This document shows positions 36,431-47,816 of a stretch of 53,611 nucleotides of DNA, piece after piece. Below the pieces are notes generated by a model. The model saw only the letters and a list, made by a program, of their open reading frames with translations, ran no database searches and was not told where the DNA came from. This stretch comes from Paraspadella gotoi (lineage: Eukaryota > Animalia > Chaetognatha): contig CM119270.1 in assembly GCA_051294375.1 (NCBI GenBank), forward strand, positions 6,197,744-6,251,354, read 5' to 3'. Within the stretch, counting starts at the first letter, position 1; each line of letters begins with the position of its first letter. Both the position numbers and the translations under genes were made by a program.

Positions 36431-38363
36431 TGTGTCGCCGTTTCGCGATCGCGCTAGCCAGTTAAGAGGGGAGAAAAGGGGCGCTTAACCCGGCACGGTA
36501 GATAACAAGATAATTCAAAGCACCAGATATTCTCTGGAAATCTCGCTCAGGGACTGATGCCTTACTTTACTGCGTAACCTGGTTCCTGCGGTCACCGTAT
36601 ATCTATCTCATCAACAATAATTTTATATCACACTCTCTACGACTTTCCCGGCTGATGGCGTATGTACAGTCGGGATAGAAGTTTGTGATATATTCCGTGG
36701 TTGTAAGGCGCGAATTTACACACGATAATAAGGGTATAACTCACGCGGACTCCCAGCCACTAACTAAACTATACTCGCATTGCGCATCTTAAGTGACTTA
36801 CGTTCAATCTATTTTCTGCTTGTGATCTCGGATCGACGGCGACTCAGCCCCGTGCATCGCTCGGCGGCGCTCCGTCGAGGCGAGAGCTCGAACCCCGAGG
36901 AAGGTGCGGCCGAGGGAGCCCGCACTGTATACGAAAACGATGAGCGCTGCCGCTGAGTAAGAACTCAGGCGGGAGATAGGCAGACGATATCGCTCAGCGC
37001 GCCACCACACGTAGACACGGCAGCGATGCCGCCGCTGCTGGTTACATACAGCGGCCGTCAAGAGATGATTAGTGACGAAGCCTGTACAACAGCAAGAGTC
37101 CTGAAAGCCCGGTATAGCTCTCTGCGGGCCCTCCATCCATCTCCCCCGATGCCGGGCGCGCGCGAGAGCCGCGCGCGGGGAGGGCAGTTCGGGTGCTATC
37201 AGAGGCGACGCTATGGAACCTAAGAGGGCGGCTCTTCAGGAAGCAAGGGTGCAGCCGACATTCATACTAATAATCATAGGGGCGGAAAGTGATCGGGGCA
37301 TATCAGTTGGAACGACTACGGCGTGCGTGCCAGGACTGGTGGGATAGCCGTGTCGGACACCGCGGGATCGCGAAAGGGAGGGTCCGTCGATCGACCAGGC
37401 GTTGTCTAGCCTGAGGGACGCTGTCTGCAAGATTCACAGGGGGCACGATGGATGCTCCAGAACACCGTTTCGGGGGCGCTCCGCACCAGGAGCATCTTTC
37501 CCGCAAGCGTCGGAATGACGAGGACTGCATGCCTCGTCAACGACATATCACATTGAACGCGATGACGCACGTAATCGCATTAAGTATGAATGCGGTCATG
37601 GCTGTGCAGTCGCACGGCAGTGAGCCCTCACGTACATCTGACGCAGGCCCACGGCTGAAGGGACGAGGCCAGAGGGATGTGACGCCTCGCGTCCGTCTGT
37701 CAGCCGGATATGAAGGATGAGGGCTACCAAGCAGATGTTTGCCATGCGGCGCATCTGCAGGTGACAGGCGAAGGTTGGGGCCGCCCGAGAGATGTAAGGT
37801 TGAGTACGCACGACCCGGCGACGAACGAGATAAGGAAAGGTCGATCAGCGGCCCCGTTGAAATGCGCTGGCACCAGCAGAGATGTTATCAGACTAACGTC
37901 CATACTAACGGACAACATTAATCCGCGGAGGTGGAGGAGGAGGGTGCGCGAACTTGGGCATGCGGCAGGACGCGCTAACATGCCCACTTAGTATACTGCT
38001 GAAAAAAAGAAGACATGGCGGGGGGGCGGGGAGTAGTAAAGAAGCAGGCAAGTCACGGATATCCTAAGCAATAAAGGACAGCGAACGAGCCTTCTTTTGT
38101 GCCTGCCCGAGTCGATCGCTGCAGGACGCTAAGAAGTTGATAGGCCGCTACCGACGCTATCAGCCAGGAACCTACATCTGAGCGTAAATAGGGTATATGG
38201 CTTGGGATCACGCCTGCCAGGAGTTTGTCAGTTACCAATTTCCGGGGCTAGTGATTGCGGTCAGTTCCGCTAACGCCAGACAGCATCGCTCGCCAGTCCT
38301 TGCGGGGCGCTAGCCCGCGGGGGGTGGGGGGGGGATTGTTTGGGCGCGGAGTGGGGGATTTGT

Positions 38364-38398
<35 letters not shown>

Positions 38399-38429
38399 GG
38401 GGGGAGCGGGGGTGGGGAGGGGGGGGGAC

Positions 38430-39070
38430 GGAGGATGGGAAATTTAACCATTAGGCCAGGGCGAGAAGCGGGGCGGGGGCGGTGCGACATGCGGACCCGC
38501 CCGCGGGGGCGGCGGCGGGCGGGCGCGGCGATTAATGCTGAGGACTATGGCGGACTTGGATGGTGGAGTATTTTTCTTGCTTTTACTATCCGTTTGACGC
38601 GCTTGTTTTATCGTATATTTTCTTTAGGGTCTTGACTTCTGCTTTTTTTTTTTATGGATGTGGTTTTCGTCGGTTTTTTTTTTTATACTTTCTTTTCGTT
38701 TTTTCTTTTCTTTTTTTTATATCTTTTTTTCTTCTACTTTCATCTTTACATCTTTTCTTTTTTTTTAGTAGGTCTTACGAGAGGGAGTTTTTAGCAACTG
38801 TATATTTTAAGGAGATAATTATGATTTTTATGTAGGTATTTCTTTAGTTAATTGCTAGTTTTCTGCTTTTATCTTTTCTATTTTCTTTCTTCTTTTCGTC
38901 TTCTCTTTCTCATCTTCTTCTCTTTCTCTTCTTTTCTTACATCTTTATGGTCGCTGCTTTCTTTTCTTTTTATTATTCAGTCATTCTTTTTTTCGGCTCT
39001 TTTTTGGCTGCGAGGTTATCATTCTCCATTGGCGAGGTAGCGGGTCGACATGCTGCTGGACAGGAGGTCT
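38430..39070 (+). repeat. Noisy direct copy of ~22300-23100
   Basis: GGCGATT..GCTGAGGAC..GGCGGACTTG and TTTCTTTA.GGGTCTTGACTTCT at ~22432-22555 and ~38527-38640; GCTGGAC at ~23081 and ~39055. Confidence 0.75.
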
Positions 39071-39149
39071 GTATCTCTTCTCATTCTTCTTACTAGCTAC
39101 TATTGCCATCTCGGTTCGTCGTTCTTTTTTTTTTTTATCTAGGATAATA

Positions 39150-39235
39150 GAGGAGGAGGGGAGGAAGGCTCTGTCTATTTTTATTTCAAGTCGACAGAAC
39201 GTGGAGAGAGAGAGAGAGAGAGGAGAGAGAGAAGA

Positions 39236-39278
<43 letters not shown>

Positions 39279-39343
39279 AATCCGGAAACGGAGATGATGA
39301 CGTCAGCGGCGACGTGTGACGGAGGGGAAACGAGGGAGAGGGA

Positions 39344-39374
<31 letters not shown>

Positions 39375-39553
39375 AGAGAGGAGAGGAGAAAGAGAGATAG
39401 AGAGAGAGAGGAGAGAGAAAGAGGAGAAGGGAAAGAGCGGTGGTGTTGGCGCCTACTTGTGCTAAATCCTCTCTCTTATTTATTATTATANNNNNNNNNN
39501 NNNNNNNNNNNNNNNAAAAGAACGCTCTCTCTCCCTCTCTCTTCATCTCTCTC

Positions 39554-39586
<33 letters not shown>

Positions 39587-39920
39587 TTGTCTCTACTTCT
39601 CCCTCACGACTCTCTCTCTCCCTCATCTTCTCTCTCTCTCTCTCTCTCTTCTCTTCTCTCTCTTTCTGCTCTAAAAGAAAAGAGTAAAAATTAAAGAGGG
39701 TAATAAAGGAGGGAGGAAGCTCTGTCTACTTTTTTATTTCAGTCGACAGACGTGGAGAGAGAGACGAGAGATGAGGAGAGAGAGACAGAGCGAGAAGAGA
39801 GAGAGAGGAGAGAGAGAGAGAGAGAAGAGAATCCGGAAACGGAGATGATGACGTCAGCGGCGACGTGGTGACCGCGAGGGAGAGGGACGAGGGATCTCTC
39901 CTTCTATTTAATATTTATAA
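39150..39920 (+). repeat. Local duplication flanking a 25-N gap (39150-39490 vs ~39700-39920)
   Basis: AATCCGGAAACGGAGATGATGACGTCAGCGGCGACGTG occurs at ~39279 and ~39830; gap at 39491-39515. Confidence 0.85.
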
Positions 39921-40173
39921 ATATTCAATATTTTAGTCTTTGATTTTTTATAAAAAAAAGAAGTTTTTTTCTTAACCGCGCGATAAAAAAGTATTAAAAT
40001 TTCCGTCCTCTCACGATATCGCAAGAGTTCGATGATATCGGATGAAGTTTAAAAAAAAATTCCTTTTTTTTGCCTCAAAATCGAATTTTGTTTTAATTAA
40101 AAAAGTCGACGGACGAGAAAATGAGGATTAATAGTTGGAATAATTGGCTGAGCACCCATGGAGTGGTTGGGAG

Positions 40174-40285
<112 letters not shown>

Positions 40286-40955
40286 TATTCCATCCATCGG
40301 CCTTGGTCACAAACGCTTCTTTTCTCTTTCCTGCGTTTTTCAATGTAAGGATTATTTTAACGAAGAGTTGATCCTCTTATTTTTTTCTGCATAAGTGAAT
40401 TAGAGCATTTTTAATTCCGAACATAAAGTTTTTAATAAATTAATAATTATATAAATCAAGCATCGATATTGCGCTTGAAGATAAGCGCTGCTCTTTTTTT
40501 CATGCCCTAAATCAATATTCTCAAAACTTTTTTTATGAAGAACGGATACTTTCTAAAATTTGTACGGTATTAGACTAACTACTATTAGATTTTAATCTGA
40601 TTTTGTAATGAATCATGATTTAAGTATGTAACGCATATTTCATTTCAATCATATGCTATCAATTCTATTTCTTGTCAACGCCATTTAGATTTAGATTTAT
40701 TCTTGATTTTCATCTCATTTCCTTCGGATTTGTTAAAAAATAATCTCGTCACACTTAATTGTTTTCATTCTCTATGTCCGAACTAATCCTCCCTCTCATT
40801 TCCTCCTCCTCTTCCTCCTCCTCCTTCTCCTCTTCTTCCTCCTCCCTCTCCTTATCCTTTGGTCTCGGAAAATTGTGATCTATGTAGCTGCAATGGGCTG
40901 ATAGCGGCCATGATTATTCATTTGAGGCTAAATGAGAGGCCGGGAATAACTCAGA

Positions 40956-41068
<113 letters not shown>

Positions 41069-41597
41069 TTTTTCCATCGTTTTCATTTTAACTTTTACCA
41101 CTTTTTACTCTCCCTCATTCAAGGTCTTAATTTCTTTTAAATCTTTTAAATCTTATTCGCAACGAAAATAAAGGATCATAACGCAGAGATGTCGTTATAT
41201 TCGCTCCAGTACGAAATCTCCAACCCCTTATATATTTGCGTCACATATCTATACTTTTGACGTGGCAAATTATTAGCTTAAAATAAAAAAAGTAATCATT
41301 AATAAAACAAAAACCAATTCGCGTCATCATTACTTTCGTAGCTTAGTAAAATAATTACCAATGTTAAAAAAAAAGATAAAGAGAGAAAAAAGACAGAGCC
41401 GGGGAAAGAGTGTTAGGATCGTGGTGAGAACAAAGATCGGGATAGGGAAGTGAGGGAGGGGGTGGGTGGGGGGCGGTGGGGGGGAAGGGGACGGGGTGTA
41501 GATGGTAGGGGGTGTGAATCGGGGCGGGGGGTGGGGGGCCTTTGGGGGTAGGGAGGGTGGTGGCTCTGCGACGCGAGAGGAGGCAAGGGGCGGGCGG

Positions 41598-41750
41598 GAT
41601 GTACACTCCCGTGGAGAATGAGGTAGTACGAGTAAAAAGTAAAATGATTGGGGTATCGACTTGGTAGTTGACAGTAGAGAGAACTTCATTGGGAATTGGA
41701 GACAGTCCTGACACCGATGTCCATGTATGACACGCGATCTTGGAGCCGAA
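41598..41750 (-). CDS. Candidate DEG/ENaC extracellular (palm/beta-ball) exon segment
   Basis: One open frame: FGSKIACHTWTSVSGLSPIPNEVLSTVNYQVDTPIILLFTRTTSFSTGVYI. CHTW resembles the family CYTF motif, VNYQVD resembles LDIQQD and SFSTGVYI resembles SFEAGIKV, in the right order. It is a complex island amid low-complexity DNA. Confidence 0.45.
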
Positions 41751-42109
41751 TCAAGGGTGGGCGGTGGGGGGGGTGGGGGGGCGGTAGCAAGGAGACAAGT
41801 GAAGGGACAGACACGGGATGTGGACGTTCCCGAAGCAAAGAGCAAAGAGTTAAAATGGACAAAGGAGCAAAGACAAAGGAAAGGTTAGGGAAGGGAGGAA
41901 AAAGTTCGATAATGGTAAGGGAAAGGGGAAGAAGAAAGGAAAAAAGAAAGGAATAAGAGAAAAAAAGTAAGAAAGGATAAGACAAGAAAAAAATGTGTGA
42001 CTTATCCCTAAAAAATGTTTTAGAAATGTATACAATGTAAAAAACTAAACAAAGTTGGACGAACGTCACTGAAAAATACCAATTCTCCTTGTTGAAAAAA
42101 AAAGATAGA

Positions 42110-42410
42110 TAAAACAGACAGACAAATAGACAGCCGACAGATGTTAACTGACAGCCTGATAGACCTGAGACAGAAATATTTGTATACTACTTTTGAACAG
42201 AGAGTTCAAAAGACCAGAAGCCTGACAGATATAGAACGGACAATGGAGGGACGGAACAATGGACGGACAATGAACGGACATTCGACTGAACTTCGCTGAC
42301 AGATCGACTGATGCCCGTATTAAGAGATCGACTGACACTGTTATAGACAGACCACTGATACTCGTATTGACAAAACGACTGACGAAAAAACAGAAACACA
42401 GACATCCGGA
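42110..42410. repeat. Degenerate (GACA/GACG/GACT)n tetranucleotide tract
   Basis: Recurrent ACAGAC, GGAC and ACTGAC units. Confidence 0.6.
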
Positions 42411-42689
42411 TTTTCTCACCGCGCCCGTCGGCCATATTTCCGCAAGCGATAACTCGGCAGACAGAGAGAGAGACGAGAGAAGAGAGAGAGCAGGAGAGAG
42501 AGGAGAGAAGAGAGAGAGAGAGGAGAGAAGAGAGAGAGAGAGAGAGAGCGGCGCACGCGGAAAGAATACCAAATAATTGTTTTTATAAGATATTAGACAA
42601 CCGGCCCGCTTTGTGTAGGATAAAGCCGAGAGGAGGGGGTGTAGAACCTGTCTATATCTTGAGTCTCTCTGTCTCTGCCTTCCCCTCTT

Positions 42690-42727
<38 letters not shown>

Positions 42728-42728
42728 G

Positions 42729-42764
<36 letters not shown>

Positions 42765-42837
42765 TCTCTCTCGGAAGAAGCCGTGAGCGGGAAGGAAAAA
42801 CTCGGACTGAGAGAGAAAGAGAGAAGAGATGAAGAGA

Positions 42838-42889
<52 letters not shown>

Positions 42890-44271
42890 ACAGACGTCTG
42901 GCCGAAACCGTAGAGTAACATGGGATTTGGAAGTTTTTGCGGAGGGAAGGTTTGGAAGGAAAGGAGAAAAAAAAAGGAGGAAAGGAAGAAAGGACGCACT
43001 GAGATGGAAGGGAAGGATTTAAAAAAGCCAAGATATTAAAATCTAGGGAAAGTAGAAACGAAGAAATCGTTGGTAACAATAAATAAAAAAGAAATAGAAA
43101 GGAAACAGAAAGATGAATATGATAGAAAAAATATTAAAAAGAAACAAAAAAAAATAACAAAATTGTTGTTATTCCGCGGGCGATGGAAGAGGATTAAGGG
43201 GCGCAATCCAGACATCCGTCTGTGCCTCATCTGTAAGCATCGTCTAACATCTGCAGTGATCTTTAAGATCATCTTGTATCCGGTCATCTTAAGCGATCAC
43301 TTCTCTTTCTTTGTTCACTTCCTCCTCTCTTGGTCCCTTTCTTACTTTTTTCTCCTTCTCTTTCACCCTTTTCCTTCCTCTTTCCTCTCTCATTACTCTT
43401 TCATCTCTCGCTTCGTCTCTCTTCTTCTCAAGTGTCACTCTCTCTCTCTGCCTCTCTTCCATCACTTCTCTCTCTCTCTCTCTCTCTTCCTCTCTCTCTC
43501 TCTCTCTCTCTCCTGCGCCCGCCCGCTATGAATTGTCTCATTCAAAGGGATTTTTTTCCCTCCGAAAGCCCCGCACGGAGCACAGTTGTGCGCCCGGCCG
43601 GCCGCGGCGCCCCTTATTACTGCGTCGCCCTTGCCCTTACCACCTACCGCCTCGCAATCCTTCTTGTCCGTCCTCCCCCTTCGCTTGCCTCCTACCCTTC
43701 CTTTCTCCAGCCTCATCCCAGCTCTCCATGCTTCCTCCCTTTCAGCGCTCTCGAGGACCCGAATTCGCCGATTGGAGCGGTGTTATTTGGAGCACGGAGA
43801 ATGTTCGCGATCTGGTCAGGCTAACGGCCTATCGCCGTTTTTTTATTCCCTTTAGTTTTATTTTACTTATTTTTTTTTCCACGCTTTATTTTTCAACATT
43901 CTGCCCATTTCCCTTCTTTTTTCTTTTTTCTTTCTTCATACATCTCTTTCTGTTCCTTTCTTTCTTTCCCGTTTTTGCGTTTGTTACTGATAAACAGAAA
44001 GGTTTATACATATTTTTATTTTCTCAATGGCTTATTCAGTGAATATTGACACAATTAGCTAAAAAGAATGGCAGACAAAAAATAATAAACATTTTTTTAC
44101 TAATCTTTTGACGAACCTATCTAAAGTAATTAGATAATCGAATCTGTTTCGTCGGTCCTCTAATGGATAATTTTCTTTATCCCTAAACCTAATCAGGCTT
44201 TTCTTTCCTCCTAACAACATCAAATTCAACAATTTCTTTCATGTCCAACCAATCAACATCTGATTCCTCAC

Positions 44272-44370
44272 CATCGCAACTGTCAAATTATAATCTCTCA
44301 TATGCAGAACAACAGCAACACAAATCCTTATGCAAACCGAAATGTTTAAAACTCCATGTTTTCCCGAACC
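44272..44370 (-). CDS. Weak candidate DEG/ENaC post-TM1 exon (FPxxTxC-like motif)
   Basis: Minus strand CGG GAA AAC ATG GAG TTT TA AAC ATT TCG GTT TGC = RENMEF-x-NISVC with one frame slip; possible donor GTGAGG starting at 44271. Confidence 0.3.
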
Positions 44371-46734
44371 AAAAAAAAAAAAAGGAAAAAAAAGTTGTAA
44401 AAAGTCAAAGCCAGCAGATGAAAAGTAAGATAACCGTTTTTTTTTCTTTCTCTCTCTCTGTCTTCTCTCTCTCTCTCCGTCTTTCTCCATCCTCCTCTCT
44501 CCTCTCCTCTCTCTCTCTCTCTCTCTCCTATCTCTCGTCTGCTCTCTCTCTCTCTTTCCCCCGCATCGAAGTTAAGCCATTCCATCTCCTTCTCTGTCTT
44601 TTCTCTCTGCTCGTATTCAACTCAATGCGTCCGCGCTCCACGGCTCTCTTCTCTTTCTCTCTCGTTTCTTTTCCTATCTTTCCTCGCCTCCTTTCAGTGT
44701 CTCACGGTCTGCTCGGCCTCACTAGTCTTTCTCTCTCTGATCCTCTCTGTCCTCTCTGTCTCTGGCCTTCTTTCCGCTCCCTAACACATTCCCTAGGCCT
44801 CCACCGTCCTTCTCAATGCAAGGCGACCTAGCCAAGTGGATTAATTGCTGTATGATCTCGGCGATGCGGACGCGCACAAACGGCTTGCTCTGCTCTCTCT
44901 CTCTGCCTCGTCTCATCTCTTCTCTCTCTCTCTCTGTTCATCTCTCTCCTTCTACATCTCGTCTCTCTCGTCTCTGCTCTCAAACCATATTCATAGAGTT
45001 TAATTCCAAATGATTTGCGCATATAAGTCTCTTAGTTTTGTTTATTCTTCAGTTCCATTTATTTTATTTATAGTATCATTTAGGAAATGTATGTATACCG
45101 TATTTCAAGACAAAATTCTTAAGAAGAAGTTTCATTTTGCAAATTTAAACAATCAGAGAGGCGCAAACTAAATTCCTGATAAAGAAAAAAACGAGTTAGG
45201 CTATACATGCCCATGCATGCTATGGTAGCCCTTGTCATCAAGCAAATAAACCACTGATCCATACCGAAAAACTGAAAAAAAATTATTGAGTTTTATATCT
45301 TTTTTTTCTATTTTCTAGTCGTAGTTACTTTTTTTTTATTATTGGTGAAGTATGATTTTGTCCTTTTCTTTTTATTCTCATCTCTTTGCTGTGTAATTTT
45401 CCTTTCTCAAGAATTCTTGACCTGAATCAACTTTCCACACTTCTGCGCTTTTGCCTCAGCGACATTAGTTCCGACTCCTTCCCACATATTTCATTTTTCC
45501 TCACAATGTGATGACATTTTTTCGGGTTTTATTAATACAAGTTGTCTATGAATAAGTATTTACTTAAATAATTTACATACTTAATAAATGAATAGATAAT
45601 TATTATATTAGTTTAATGTTTAATACTAAAATGCTTTTTTTTTGCCACTAAAAACCTTAACGCGATTTTTGTGCCACCTCCATGCCAGTCTTTCACCGTC
45701 TGATCGCCACTTCAACGCCTTCAACTTGAGTCGAGGATTGATGGCAAAGATTTTCTTGGATGAATGAAAGTCATACAAATGAGATCGAGAGAGCGAGACG
45801 TTTGGAGGTTGACCCGGGGTTGAGAGAGAGANNNNNNNNNNNNNNNNNNNNNNNNNNNNNNNNNNNNNNNNNNNNNNNNNNNNNNNNNNNNNNNNNNNNN
45901 NNNNNNNNNNNNNNNNNNNNNNNNNNNNNNNNNNNNNNNNNNNNNNNNNNNNNNNNNNNNNNNNNNNNNNNNNNNNNNNNNNNNNNNNNNNNNNNNNNNN
46001 NNNNNNNNNNNNNNNNNNNNNNNNNNNNNNNNNNNNNNNAAACGTCATAATTTGTAGTTCAACAAAATGAAATTTTTCGGAGAAATAGGGAGAAAACTTT
46101 AGGTCAAAAACCAACTAATTGNNNNNNNNNNNNNNNNNNNNNNNNNNNNNNNNNNNNNNNNNNNNNNNNNNNNNNNNNNNNNNNNNNNNNNNNNNNNNNN
46201 NNNNNNNNNNNNNNNNNNNNNNNNNNNNNNNNNNNNNNNNNNNNNNNNNNNNNNNNNNNNNNNNNNNNNNNNNNNNNNNNNNNNNNNNNNNNNNNNNNNN
46301 NNNNNNNNNNNNNNNNNNNNNNNNNNNNNNNNNNNNNNNNNNNNNNNNNNNNNNNNNNNNNNNNNNNNNNNNNNNNNNNNNNNNNNNNNNNNNNNNNNNN
46401 NNNNNNNNNNNNNNNNNNNNNNNNNNNNNNNNNNNNNNNNNNNNNNNNNNNNNNNNNNNNNNNNNNNNNNNNNNNNNNNGGCAACGAACGACCGGAAACG
46501 GCATCGAATGCCGTCGATGCCTGATGCTGCATCGAATGACGGATGCGTCGAACGACAGATGTCGTTGGTGTGCGTGCAGTGCATGACGAATGACATTGGC
46601 TTGATACTTAAATGCCGGAAATTGAGAGAAACCGGTGGCTGAAACTGAGTTTTTCGACTTCGTGTTGTCGGTTCGGATGCAAGATGCAAAAAACCCGTTA
46701 CGTATTACTCGTTTTAATATTATTACGTACTTAC

Positions 46735-47087
46735 AAAGCCAGTAGCGGCGAATGGAAAAAGACAGAAGCAGCATATGGCAAAAGCCAGTACCGGCGATTG
46801 TCAAAAACACTTGTCATTGATAGCTAAATGCCGATTGTGACAAACGCCATCGACGGCGATCGACTAAAACGCGAATGACGAATGCGTCTCTCGATTACCT
46901 CGTCCCTCGACGTCCCGCGGCTTCGTCTCTCTGTTCGCATCGTCTCTCTGTTTGCATCGTCTCTCTGTTCGTATCCTCGTCGACTGCAATTTTTGCGAAC
47001 AGAGAGAAAAAGTCGGGAAGTCCAGCTGAAGCTTTTTTCTAATAAAGATTTGAAATTTGGTAAACTATCGTATGAACAAGCGAACAT
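46735..47087 (-). CDS. Candidate DEG/ENaC N-terminal exon with pre-TM1 motif and TM1 (frameshifted in this assembly)
   Basis: ORF 47087-46824 leads into RFSR..AVDGV. Across small frame slips it continues KCF(W)TIA / VLAFAICCFCL / SIRRYWL and ends at a consensus donor T|GTAAGT (intron starts 46734). The pattern F......(H/D)G...FW-hydrophobic helix-xxYxxY resembles DEG/ENaC TM1. The W and the last Y are inferred, and the start codon is uncertain. Confidence 0.55.
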
Positions 47088-47816
47088 TGATTGATCGAAG
47101 AAAGGAACAAAGGAACAAACCTGCGAACAAAAACAAGAAAGAGAGGGAAAAGTTTTTTTCTTTGTTTGATATCTTTAATTAGCAAAAATGGGGTCTAGAC
47201 ATAGAAAAAGAATTAATCAGAAGCATCACCGAATTATTTTGTTATTTGGTCAAGAAAATTTGATTACTGTTTTTCTGGTCTTCTTTTTTCCCTTTATTTT
47301 ATTTCTTCTTTCCTTTCCTTCTTTGGTCTTCTCTCTTTTCCTCCTTCCTTTCCTCCTTTTTTCCTCTCTCTCTCAATCCTCTCTTTCTCCTTCTCCTTCA
47401 TTTCACCCACTCGACCCTTCCTTTATTCTTGCACACGGAGCCTCGCGCGTCTCGTCGTCTCTCGCTTCTCTCGGGGTCGTTGCTCGGATGGGGTGCGGTG
47501 TCGTCGTCGTCTCGTCGTCATCCTCTCCGTCGGTCGGTCGTCGGTCTCTCGTGCGTCGGGTCGCTCCAACGCTTCTCCTTTGAAGTTCGTGTGTAGCCGT
47601 ACGGAGGCGGGAGGATTTGGAGAGATCGGAAGAAAAACCGGCAAGCGGCGGTGGCGCTGGTGCGGCGGGAGGCGGGGTGGCGCTTGGGCGGCAAAGTCGG
47701 TGTGAGAGGCAGAAAGGGTCGACTCGGGCGAGTTGCAATTTTTGAGTGAGAGCGAGAGAGAGAGAGAGACGAGAGAGAGAGGAGAGAGAGAGAGAGAGAG
47801 AGAGAAGAGAGGAGAG

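Noticed and set aside
36601-36620. SMRTbell adapter remnant (ATCTATCTCATCAACAA)
   Set aside because: Only a short partial resemblance, with no inverted duplication around it.
36430-38250. GC-richer segment with many short ORFs (possible bacterial insert/HGT)
   Set aside because: No long ORF or recognisable domain; it lies inside the low-quality block and looks like base-calling noise. A BLASTX hit would overturn this.
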